Assembly (NCBI GenBank): GCA_001275005.1
Contig: JWZX01002716.1
Coordinates: 1-32,811 of the forward strand
Origin: Chrysochromulina tobinii
Lineage: Eukaryota
Direction of reading: 5' to 3'
Length of the DNA stretch: 32,811 nt
Below are positions 1-8,682 of this stretch, piece after piece. Position 1 is the first letter of the stretch. The number at the start of each line of letters is the position of its first letter. The notes beneath the pieces are model-generated. The model made no database searches, was not told where the DNA came from, and was given only the letters and a program-made list of their open reading frames with translations. The position numbers were made by a program, and so were the translations under genes.

Positions 1-704
1 GGCGGCGGCGGCAATGGTGGTGGCTTGGAAGGGAAGGGTGGCCTGAGTGGCGGCGGAGGCGAAGGCGGTGGTGGCGAGGGTGGCGGCGATGGTGGTGGAG
101 AGGGTGGCGGCCGAGGAGGCGGATTCGGCGGAGGCGATGGCGGAGGTGGAGAAGGCGGGGGCGAGGGTGATGGAGGCGGCGGCAGCGGTGGTGGTGGTGA
201 GGGCGGTGGCGTGAACACACGATACGAGTCGTATTGAGCATTAGTCACACTGCTCACTAGGCAGAAGTCAAGGCACAGGCCGCAGCCGCTCAGAGCACTG
301 CTGAAGTGGAAGGAGTTGCAGCCGACATGGCTATCGCAGGTATTCGCGCACCCGCCCACTGAGAGGGCACCGCCAACTGCTGCAGCAGGGTTGCAGCACT
401 GCGTGCTGGTCAGGAATGGCTGATAGGTGCGTCCCTTGTGCGTGGATATTATAGTCTGTGCCCAGACCGTGGGCGCGAGGGCGATGAGCATCCACCAAAG
501 TATCCTCGTCCTAGCTGCTCGGAACTCTGGTGCACGTCGCGGGAGAAGCAGTGCTCGAGCCACACTAGTGAGGCTACAGCTTGATCCGCAACCGATCACG
601 ACGGTCAAGAACAGGCGCGTTCCCGCAGAACTGGCTGCAGTAAGCAGTGCGGCAGCAAGCAAGGCCGCCCCCACGCCTGACTTGCGGGCCAGTCGGCCGT
701 CCAT
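1..704 (-). CDS. Partial secreted protein (runs off the window start): hydrophobic leader, Cys-rich PAN/apple-like module, then a Ser-Pro (SPPP) extensin/pherophorin-like tract. ATG at 704; alternative in-frame ATG at 491 (MLIALAPTVWA|Q).
   Basis: Manual minus-strand translation is open from 704 to 1: ...MLIALAPTVWAQTII...QCCNP...GCANTCDSHVGCNSFHFSSALSGCGLC...YDSYRVFTPPPSPPPP... The C-x3-C-x5-C-xSF-x-F...C-xL pattern is typical of PAN/apple domains. It is absent from the ORF track because the stop lies outside the window. Confidence 0.8.
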   Translation of the reverse strand, partial: MDGRLARKSGVGAALLAAALLTAASSAGTRLFLTVVIGCGSSCSLTSVARALLLPRRAPEFRAARTRILWWMLIALAPTVWAQTIISTHKGRTYQPFLTSTQCCNPAAAVGGALSVGGCANTCDSHVGCNSFHFSSALSGCGLCLDFCLVSSVTNAQYDSYRVFTPPPSPPPPLPPPPSPSPPPSPPPPSPPPNPPPRPPPSPPPSPPPSPPPPSPPPPLRPPFPSKPPPLPPP

Positions 705-1044
705 GCGCCGGGAGGCACCAGTCGGTCCGTTCCTCCCTAGGTTCGCAGAGCGAGTCCGCACTCTCTCGACAGTATACCTGTACGGCGCTCGACGGTTAGC
801 TAACGGTGGTCGGATCGGACCGTTTTCGACATCAGAGGATGCAGAAACGAATCCGGCGGTATTCAGCGAAACTATCTATACTGACTTAGCTGCGAAAGAA
901 AGACGGCGTGTTATCGTCGCGTGCTGACGGTTATTCATCACTTTACCGGTAGGACACTCAAAGTCCATACACAGTTCGCTCGCGCTCGTATCCGCAGTCA
1001 GGCCGTTCAGAAGGGCTCGCACGCTTCAGGGCGAGCCAGTCGGA

Positions 1045-4000
1045 ATGCCGTCCCTCGGCGCCGATGCCGCATCGTCGTCATCCGCGGCAGCTGTTACGAG
1101 AAGCATGGCCGGACTGCCTTCGATCTTTCCTGCCACTGCCAAGGCACAGCAGAAGGCGTTCGAGGCCATCTTCGCCGCACGCGGCGCATCGGACAGCAGC
1201 GCGCGTGCGTCTGCCTTGTCGCAGAGCATCTTGTCGTACACGTTTGGGGGTGCGACCAGCGGCAAGAAGCGTCCAGGTGGGCCTCTCAGCACATCGCACA
1301 CCCTCTTCGAGAACGAGGAGAAGTCGATGCTCGACGCGTTTGACAAGGTCGAGAGGCGGAGGATGTGCGGCGAGGCGCTCGAGCGCGTCGACGAGACGAT
1401 GCAGCTGTGGGAGCGGCCGAGCGAGGTCGTTGGTGACCTGGCCGAGGTACACCGCGCCATCAACGAGTGGCTCGAAGCGGGTCAGCAGCGTGAGGACCAC
1501 CAGATCCAGGTGCAGGCACTTCTCATCCAACTCTACGACTGGCTACACAACTTCCTGCCGTCCGCCGCCGCGCCCGAGGAGTCGGACGAGTTCGCGCCCC
1601 GCATCGTTGCGGTCGAGGCCTACGCGCGCCGGACAGCCGAGGTCCACGCGCGACGAGCCGCCGAGACGGCTGAGGCGCGCGTCGCCGCTGTACAAGCCGC
1701 TCTGTCGGAGTCGCCACCCAGGGCTACGTTGCCCGGAGCGAAGTCACCGACTTCCTCGTCGCCGCAAGCGCAGTCGTCGCCCAAGGCCATGGCGGGCGTG
1801 CGTGGGTTGCTGGGCGCGCGCCATGCGGAGTGGCAGGCGGAGGCGGCGGTCGCGGCCGCGGAGCAGGCCGAGGACGAGGACGAGGACCTGGAGCCGGCGG
1901 AGCCACCCGCGGAGGTGGCGGCCCTGCTCAACGCGCGGCAGGCGGAGGGCGAGCGCCTCGCCGAGCACCTCGGCGCCATCTTCCAGGCTGCCTGTATGGA
2001 GCTCCAGTCGCGACAGAGCGGTGCTGGTACGCTCGCGACCGTCGACTTCGATTCGCCGAGCAAGGCACCCAAGGCGGGTGCCAAGCCGAGCAAGGCAGCT
2101 AAGGCGGGTGTTAAGGTCGCCATCGCGAAGATACAGGAGCGCAAGAGCACCGCCCTCAAGGAAAAGGCTTTGGCTGAGCTGGAAGACGCGCAGCTGTCCT
2201 TGGTGGAGGTGCAGGGGCGCGCGGCGGTCGAGAGGGCGATTCTGCGTGCCGAGTTCGGTGCGCTCGAGGATCACGAGGCATTAGGCCAGCGGGAGGCAAT
2301 GCTCGCTGAGACGCGCGAGTCGCTCGCCAAGACGCGCGAGCACCAGCTACGTCTGGACAACCCTGTCCTTCCCCAAGGGCCAAACGAAGCGGAGCTGCTG
2401 CTTGCCAGCAGGCTGGCCCAGCTTGAGGCCGAGCTCATGGTGGAGCGCGCGACGGTCGGCGCGCGCGACACCACCGTCGCCGAGTGGGAGACCAGATTCC
2501 AAGTCTACTCTCAGGAGCGTGCCTCGATGAAGCGGCGCGCCGAAACCGCCGAAGCCGGCTGCGTCGACCTTGCCGACGAGGTCCAGACGCTCAAGACGGC
2601 GCTCGAAGCAGCCGCGGCAGCCAAGCTGGAGGCGGCCGAGGAGCTTTCGGGGCCTTCGGATGAGTCAGAGCGACGCGCAGCCGCTCTGACTGAGAGGGAG
2701 GCGGCCGTGACCGCGAGAGAGGAGGCGGTCAACGCCCGTGAGCTCGCAGTGCGACGCGACGCGTTTGCGCTGCGTGAGGCGCAACGCCGGCTGTCGCCGT
2801 ACGCGGTCTCCTCGGGGCCGAGTGGCACGGCGTTGCCCGGATGGATGTTCGAGCCACCGGCCGGCCCAGTGGCGGGTGCGCCGCAGCCGACAGCCGAGAT
2901 GGAGGCTATGGAGGCGGAGCTTGCGCGTAGGCTGGCTGAGTTGGCCGAGCGCGAGGCGGCGCTGGCTGCCGAGGGGTCACAGGTGCCCTCTCCCTCCGTC
3001 GACGATGGGTCGCCCTCGGCCTCGCCCAATCCCTTGCCCAATTACAACGGCGCGGTGCAGCTGACGAGGCAGACGGCGATGGAGCTCAACCAGCGGCGCC
3101 ATGCGGTCGAGTTGGCCGAGCTGGAGCTGAAGGACAAGGAGCGTGATCTCTTCGAGAAGTTGGCGGCGCTCGCGCGGCGCGAGTCGGCAGCCTTACAGCG
3201 CGAGGAGCGCCTTTCCGGAGCTGAGGCGGAGCTCGCACGCCGCCTAGCCGAACTGGCCGAGCGAGAGGCGGCGGCGGCCAAGCTCGAGGCCGAGTTGCTC
3301 GAGCGCGAGGCGGCGGCGGTGGCCAAGGAGGCCGGGCTCAATGCGCGCGAAGAAGCCTACAGGAAGTTGATGAGCGAGAATGAGGGCAGGGCTCAGAGGG
3401 AGGCTCTGGAGATGGTCAACGCAGCGCAGGCCAAGCAGCTCGAGGCCGAGGCGGCGCTGGCTGCGGAGCGGGCCAAGGCGGAGAGGCTGCGCGCCAAGCT
3501 GCGTGCGCTGCGTGAGCCCATGACCACGGTCCGTCTTGAGCTCGAGCGTCTCAGGCGTGAGAGCATCGAGGCGCTCGCGTCGGCGCAAAGCTTTGCGCTT
3601 GCCGCGCTATCTCAGCTCGAGCTGGCTGCCAAGGCGCACGCAGCACAGCTCGAGGCGCAGCTTGTGGCGCTCCGCGAGCGCACAAGCGCCCTCGAGGCTG
3701 ACCTGGCGGCGGCGGAAGCGGCCAAGCAGGCTGCCCTGGACGCCGCGGCGGCCGCGCTGGCCCAGCTGGAAGCAGTCAGATGTGAGCTGGAAGCAGTCAG
3801 GGGTGAGCTGGAAGCAGTCAGGGGTGAGCTGGAAGCATTCAAGCAAGCGCCCGCTAAGCAGTCCGGCAACAACCCCTTTCAGGCGGGCGTCGAGCTTTCA
3901 ACCGCCGAGCCGGCGCGCCTCGCCCCCGGTGCACCGTCCGCCGCGGCGCCCAAGAATCGCGGCTCGCGCACTACCCCGGCTAACCCAAACCTCACGCGCA

Positions 4001-6027
4001 CGGGCAAGCGCACAGCCGAAGTGGACGCGATGGCGGACGCGTTTGGCTCCGGGCAAAACGACGGTGAGAAGGTGAAGGCGCTTCAGGCCGAGATCGAGGC
4101 GCTGCGGCGGGAGATTGAGGAGCTCCAGCGCGAGCTCAACGAGGAACGGCAAGCTTACAGTGAGCTGGAGGGGGATTTGGAGCGCGTCCAGCAGGAGCTC
4201 GAAGAGCAGCGGCGCAAGCACAAACAGGAGAGCTTCGATGCGCTCGCAGCGGCGCTCGAGAGGGAGTCGGGGAGCGCCACGGCGGCGCTCGTAGCGGCCA
4301 TCGAGAGGGAGGCGGTCAGTGCCGCGGCGGAGGTAGCAAAGATCGAGAGCCTCAGCTTCGAAATCGGGGACCTGGAGAGGGAGCTGCGGCGGGCGGAGGC
4401 CGAGGCCGCGGCTGCTTTGGCGGCGGTCTCCGCGGCCTCACGGGCCGTAACCGCACCTAGCTCCTTAGCTTCCGGGGCCGCTTTTGCGGCGGCTCCGCTG
4501 GCATCGGCGCCGGCTCCGGAAGCGGATGAAGTGGATCCTCCATCATATGGAGTGTGCTCTCCACTGGAGTCCGCTCCGGCGCTCGCACCCGCGCCGGAGG
4601 CGGTGGGCGAGGCGGCGCGCGAGGCGGCGCGTGTGGACGCCACGGACTCGCACCGACCGACTCACACCGCCCCCATCGCACCGACTCACACCGCACTCCT
4701 TGAACCGACTCACACCGACCGACTCAGCAACGATGCAGCCTCGGCTGAGGCCTGGGCGTCGGCTGAGTCTCGGCGGCTGCTGCTCGAGGGGGTCGTGGCG
4801 TCACGGTTGCTGTCGCTCGAGCTGCGCGAGGGCGAAGCGCTCGCCACGACGCTAGGCCGCGAGCTCAAGATGGCGCGCCAGTCTGCCCTCGCGGAGGCGG
4901 ATCGGCTGCGCGCGACCGAACAAGCGGCGTTGCGCGCACTTAAGAAGAGTGAGGCGGCGCTTAAGAAGAGTGAGGCGGCGCGTATGGCAGTGGAGGCAGC
5001 AGAGGCGGAGCGGCTGCGTAAGCTCAAGGCTGCGGAGGATGAGGCGAACGCAATGCTGAGCCCGAAGGACAAGGCGCGCATCGACAAGTTGGTGAAGGAC
5101 TACATGCACCCGAGCACCAGGATCCCTGCTGGTGTGAAGCACCAGCTCCACCATAAGGTCCACCCCCTCTCGCACTCAGAGCTGCCTCAGATGGACCAGG
5201 CAGGCATCCAGGCTGCCCTCAAGACGCCCCTCCACCCCGACGAACTCTATCAGCAATCCTTCCTCGCGCAGTACGTAAACCGCGAGCGTAGCCAGAAGCG
5301 AGCCTACAGCAACGAGCCTGGCGGCGACGGCGGCGGCGGCAGTGGCGGCGGCGACGGTGAGTACGCGCGTGGGGCGACCGCGCCGGCCGCCGCCGCGCGT
5401 AGCATCCCGCGAGGACGGAGCTATATTGTAGATACCCCCGCTGACGCTCTGCCTCACGAGCGGTATCCCGACGCTTCGCCCTCGGGCACTGGTGGCATCG
5501 CCACCCACACGGCCCAAGGCAGCGCACTGGGCGCCGCACTGAGCGGCCGGGGTCCGAATGCAAGTGGAAGTGGTACGTGCAGCGCCGTGCTCGTGGGGCG
5601 TCCTCCCGAAGGGTATCCTGACGCCCGGCGCACGATGTCCTCCACGACGCAGCTCGAGCGTGCACGCTGGTCCGAGCGCGCACAATCGCCTAGGCTGGTG
5701 CCGATGCCGCCGCCACCCTCGCGCGAGACTTTGATGATGCGCAGCGTCGTCCGGCCGCACATCATCGACTCTGGAGTCCTTTACGACCCTGGGAGCACCG
5801 GCTCCGGTGAGGAAAGTGCGCGCGCGTCTTCGAGCCACGAATTTCGCATCAAGGCGCTTCGTAATGACCGGCCCACGTCGCCGCGATACCTGCTCACGCC
5901 CGTCGCCCCGCCGGGCGACCCGCTCCGCCCCCTCGCCCTGCCGAACGCAGAGCTTCGCTCCGGGGTGCATCTCTCGAGCTATGAACGTCTTCATCGAGGG
6001 ACGAGAGGGGCGAAGACGGCGCGCTGA
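1045..6027 (+). CDS. Large coiled-coil protein (1660 aa), function unknown
   Basis: Long uninterrupted ORF with GC3-rich codons, extensive A/E/L/R heptad stretches (ELARRLAELAEREAA occurs twice) and a disordered P/S-rich C-terminus. Confidence 0.85.
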   Translation: MPSLGADAASSSSAAAVTRSMAGLPSIFPATAKAQQKAFEAIFAARGASDSSARASALSQSILSYTFGGATSGKKRPGGPLSTSHTLFENEEKSMLDAFDKVERRRMCGEALERVDETMQLWERPSEVVGDLAEVHRAINEWLEAGQQREDHQIQVQALLIQLYDWLHNFLPSAAAPEESDEFAPRIVAVEAYARRTAEVHARRAAETAEARVAAVQAALSESPPRATLPGAKSPTSSSPQAQSSPKAMAGVRGLLGARHAEWQAEAAVAAAEQAEDEDEDLEPAEPPAEVAALLNARQAEGERLAEHLGAIFQAACMELQSRQSGAGTLATVDFDSPSKAPKAGAKPSKAAKAGVKVAIAKIQERKSTALKEKALAELEDAQLSLVEVQGRAAVERAILRAEFGALEDHEALGQREAMLAETRESLAKTREHQLRLDNPVLPQGPNEAELLLASRLAQLEAELMVERATVGARDTTVAEWETRFQVYSQERASMKRRAETAEAGCVDLADEVQTLKTALEAAAAAKLEAAEELSGPSDESERRAAALTEREAAVTAREEAVNARELAVRRDAFALREAQRRLSPYAVSSGPSGTALPGWMFEPPAGPVAGAPQPTAEMEAMEAELARRLAELAEREAALAAEGSQVPSPSVDDGSPSASPNPLPNYNGAVQLTRQTAMELNQRRHAVELAELELKDKERDLFEKLAALARRESAALQREERLSGAEAELARRLAELAEREAAAAKLEAELLEREAAAVAKEAGLNAREEAYRKLMSENEGRAQREALEMVNAAQAKQLEAEAALAAERAKAERLRAKLRALREPMTTVRLELERLRRESIEALASAQSFALAALSQLELAAKAHAAQLEAQLVALRERTSALEADLAAAEAAKQAALDAAAAALAQLEAVRCELEAVRGELEAVRGELEAFKQAPAKQSGNNPFQAGVELSTAEPARLAPGAPSAAAPKNRGSRTTPANPNLTRTGKRTAEVDAMADAFGSGQNDGEKVKALQAEIEALRREIEELQRELNEERQAYSELEGDLERVQQELEEQRRKHKQESFDALAAALERESGSATAALVAAIEREAVSAAAEVAKIESLSFEIGDLERELRRAEAEAAAALAAVSAASRAVTAPSSLASGAAFAAAPLASAPAPEADEVDPPSYGVCSPLESAPALAPAPEAVGEAAREAARVDATDSHRPTHTAPIAPTHTALLEPTHTDRLSNDAASAEAWASAESRRLLLEGVVASRLLSLELREGEALATTLGRELKMARQSALAEADRLRATEQAALRALKKSEAALKKSEAARMAVEAAEAERLRKLKAAEDEANAMLSPKDKARIDKLVKDYMHPSTRIPAGVKHQLHHKVHPLSHSELPQMDQAGIQAALKTPLHPDELYQQSFLAQYVNRERSQKRAYSNEPGGDGGGGSGGGDGEYARGATAPAAAARSIPRGRSYIVDTPADALPHERYPDASPSGTGGIATHTAQGSALGAALSGRGPNASGSGTCSAVLVGRPPEGYPDARRTMSSTTQLERARWSERAQSPRLVPMPPPPSRETLMMRSVVRPHIIDSGVLYDPGSTGSGEESARASSSHEFRIKALRNDRPTSPRYLLTPVAPPGDPLRPLALPNAELRSGVHLSSYERLHRGTRGAKTAR
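3764..3837 (+). repeat. In-frame 21-bp tandem repeat (GAGCTGGAAGCAGTCAGGGGT, about 3.5 copies) encoding heptad ELEAVRG
   Basis: Directly visible; translates as LEAVRCELEAVRGELEAVRGELEAF. Confidence 0.9.
4651..4727 (+). repeat. In-frame 24-bp-period repeat with core CCGACTCACACCG (3 copies at 4657, 4681, 4705) encoding PTHT
   Basis: Directly visible. Confidence 0.85.
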
Positions 6028-7064
6028 CAGAATGCAGCTGGCCAGAGGAGTGGGGTGGGGGGCGCCCCTTATACCTTCGCCGCTGTACCTTCCCTTTGAA
6101 TCACTTCTGGGATCATTTTCGACTATGATCTGCCTAACCTATCTCTCCAAGTCCAACCGACTTTGATCTTTTGCACCTTCAAGCGACCTTCAGAGTTCAC
6201 GCAGTTTTCAGTCTCTCTCCCGTCCGCCTCGCCCTCGGAGCTCAGAGTCCGGCGCGCACGCTTTCGACGGTTTTCAAAACACAGCTTAGAGGTTAGAGTC
6301 AAACAGAGAGTCATGTCACAAAGTCACATGTGCCGGTCTCAGGACTCAGCAGCTCTCCGCGCGCTCCGATCCGCGCGCGCTATAAAACTCATCTGCGGGA
6401 CGCTCTGGGTCTGGCCGGATCTGCCGTGCGGCGTGCCGCGGCGCGCGGGACCTGCGGGAACGATTAAGCGATTTAACTGCGGATCAGTCTTAACGATCAG
6501 TCGGTCCCCTCCCTGCAGCCCGGTCGTGCGGTGAGCCTGCAGCCTGACCCTGAGCCTCCGCGGCTCCGCGTCTCTCTCTCTCTGCGCGTCTCTCGCCGGG
6601 GACTCGCGCCCCACTGGGTCGCGCCGCAACGTGCTCCCGTTGGCTCCGCGACACGGCGCGACCCGGCGACCCGCGACCGCCGCCCTTGCCCGCCCCACAC
6701 GACCCGGACATACGCCACGCGATACGGGCGCGGGCCCGCCGCGGCGATCATGCGATGCGTCCCAGAGGTATACCTTCGAGGTTGCGTCGCGGTCGCGGAC
6801 CGCCGCCGGCGCGAGCGGGCCCGGGGCCCACTAGACCCGCGAGCGGTTCGTAAGCCCGGAGATCGCTCATGGAGATCCCTGCAGATCCTCCGCGACCGGC
6901 TTATCTCGTGTACAGCTGTACGAAGTGGAAAGTAACTAGTCGTGCGAAGATTATTCTCAAAACTCCTCCGCGGACACGTATTAAAGCTTAACGTCTAAAA
7001 CCGCCCCCGCCTAACTTTTGTCTAGGACTCTAAGTCGTGTATTGGTGACGGCGCGAGCGGCTTC

Positions 7065-8468
7065 TTACTTCTTTACGGCCTTGGTGAGACTCGCCTTGGT
7101 CGCGGCCGCGCGCTCCTTGATGCGATCACTCATGGTCTTCTTCTTGGCGATGCCCTCTGCCAATGCCTCATCGAGATCCAGCTCGTCATCAAAGCTGCCC
7201 GCGCCGGCGCCGCTCTCGGGAGAGCCTCTGGCTTTTCCCCTGGCGGGTGCCGGCACAGGCACGGCAGCCGTCGCCGCCGCCGCGGCAGACTCCTTTACGG
7301 CCTTCTTCGCGGCCTTCTTCGCCGACTCGGCCGGAGGCGCAGCGGGGGCGGGGACGGGCGTTGGAACGGGTGCGGGCGTGGGAGCGGGCACGGGTGTGGA
7401 AGCCGGTGGTGCGTTCGCCTTCGACAAAGGCTTTTTGAGCCACGTCTTGAGTTTGGTCCGCTTCTTGTTGCGTTTGTTCCGCGGGTCGTCGCCCTCTGCC
7501 TGCTCGGTCTCCTCGACCGGCGTCACGCCCTGAAAAGTGATGCTCTCTGACTCTTCCCAGCAAACTTGCATCCACAACATCCACTTGTTATCCACAATCA
7601 TCTCTGGTCGCACCGCGTCGGTGTCCACGAATCCCCAGCCGTTGTCAGCCCCCGGCACTGGCCCCATCACCCAACGAGGCGCGCAGCCGTGCATGCTCGG
7701 CACATGGAACAAGTGCACCAGCTGGCCAGTCGGTGTGCGGTGTTCGTAGTGCGCGAAGCCATTAGAGAGCGGCACCTCTTCCGACAGGGTCCAACGGCCG
7801 TCAAAGTTATGCTTCTGGAAGGCACCGTTTCCGCCGGAACATCGGAGCGTACGAAAGTAGCGCTCGCCTGCCAACCAAACGAGCCCATCCGCCTCGTCGT
7901 CCGCTTCGTCGTCCGCGGGTAGTTCAACTCCTGCTTCGACGGCAGGCTGCGCAGCGAGTTGCTTGACTCGCAACTCCGCTGCTGGCGGCGCGATGGCCGC
8001 TGTTCGCGCGGTTCGCTCTGAAGCCGGCACCGTAGCGGTCGGTCCTTGCTCGGTTACTTCGAGGAGTGCCAGCGACGGCACCTTTTTCTGGATCGACATC
8101 ATCGAGTAGCAGCCTTTCTGGGTTTCCGCAGGAGAGGCAGCGAGGAATTGCACTTCGTCTATCGCTTCGGTGGTTGCTGCGGCGCTACTGGGTGCCCCGG
8201 GAGACGCTTTCATAGTACCCGGGGATTTGGCAGTGGTCCAAACCTTTTTATCCGTGGCCTGTTCGGCTGCCTCCGCTCCCTGCTTTGCAGCCACCGCCTG
8301 GGCAATCTGAATGACGTCCTGCGAATGAATTGCGGCTTGATGACGTCCTCGGTCGGTCGATCGGTCTGTCGGTCGGTCGGTCAGCCTCGGTCGATCGCAG
8401 TACAGCTCCTCATAGTCCACAGCCGTAAAATTCGCCAGCGGCTTGGCTTCAATGGGGCGCGAGGCCAT
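7065..8468 (-). CDS. Hypothetical protein (467 aa) with a central Trp/Gly-rich globular module and low-complexity termini
   Basis: ATG in GCCATGG context. Central segment NFDGRW..NGFAHY..LFH..WVMGP..GWGF..P..W..W..W looks folded; K/A/P-rich tail. The 5' (ACCG)n segment could be intronic. Confidence 0.7.
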   Translation of the reverse strand: MASRPIEAKPLANFTAVDYEELYCDRPRLTDRPTDRSTDRGRHQAAIHSQDVIQIAQAVAAKQGAEAAEQATDKKVWTTAKSPGTMKASPGAPSSAAATTEAIDEVQFLAASPAETQKGCYSMMSIQKKVPSLALLEVTEQGPTATVPASERTARTAAIAPPAAELRVKQLAAQPAVEAGVELPADDEADDEADGLVWLAGERYFRTLRCSGGNGAFQKHNFDGRWTLSEEVPLSNGFAHYEHRTPTGQLVHLFHVPSMHGCAPRWVMGPVPGADNGWGFVDTDAVRPEMIVDNKWMLWMQVCWEESESITFQGVTPVEETEQAEGDDPRNKRNKKRTKLKTWLKKPLSKANAPPASTPVPAPTPAPVPTPVPAPAAPPAESAKKAAKKAVKESAAAAATAAVPVPAPARGKARGSPESGAGAGSFDDELDLDEALAEGIAKKKTMSDRIKERAAATKASLTKAVKK

Positions 8469-8602
8469 GGCGTTCAGGTGTTTTGGTCGTCAAGCCGCGG
8501 CGCGCGCGCGTGACACGAAGGGTCCAAGTAAGTCGCGAAAAAGGTCGTTCATAACTTCATAAGTTCATATGAACACCGCAAAAATTTCGTTTGTTTCCGG
8601 AC

Positions 8603-8682
8603 GCCAGTTGTTAGTCTCAGTAGACAGGTTGTTAGTCTCAGTCGCCAGTTGTTAGTCTCAGATGTTAGTCAGTCGACAGGTT
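8603..8682 (-). repeat. Imperfect ~20-bp tandem repeat (core TTGTTAGTCTCAG on +) overlapping the glycosylase stop codon and 3'UTR
   Basis: TGTTAGTC occurs four times between 8609 and 8670. Confidence 0.85.

Noticed and set aside
25..237. Gly-rich 70-aa + ORF
   Set aside because: It is the antisense read of the Pro-rich minus-strand gene.
4600..4727. PTHT repeat as an intron ending CTCAG
   Set aside because: The frame is open and no convincing phase-matched donor was found.
6163..6935. Short ORFs or structured ncRNA in GC-rich convergent spacers (also 12541-13214, 17326-17767, 30541-30931)
   Set aside because: Arg/Ala/Pro-rich translations without motifs are expected at this GC; no tRNA, rRNA or snRNA signatures were recognised.
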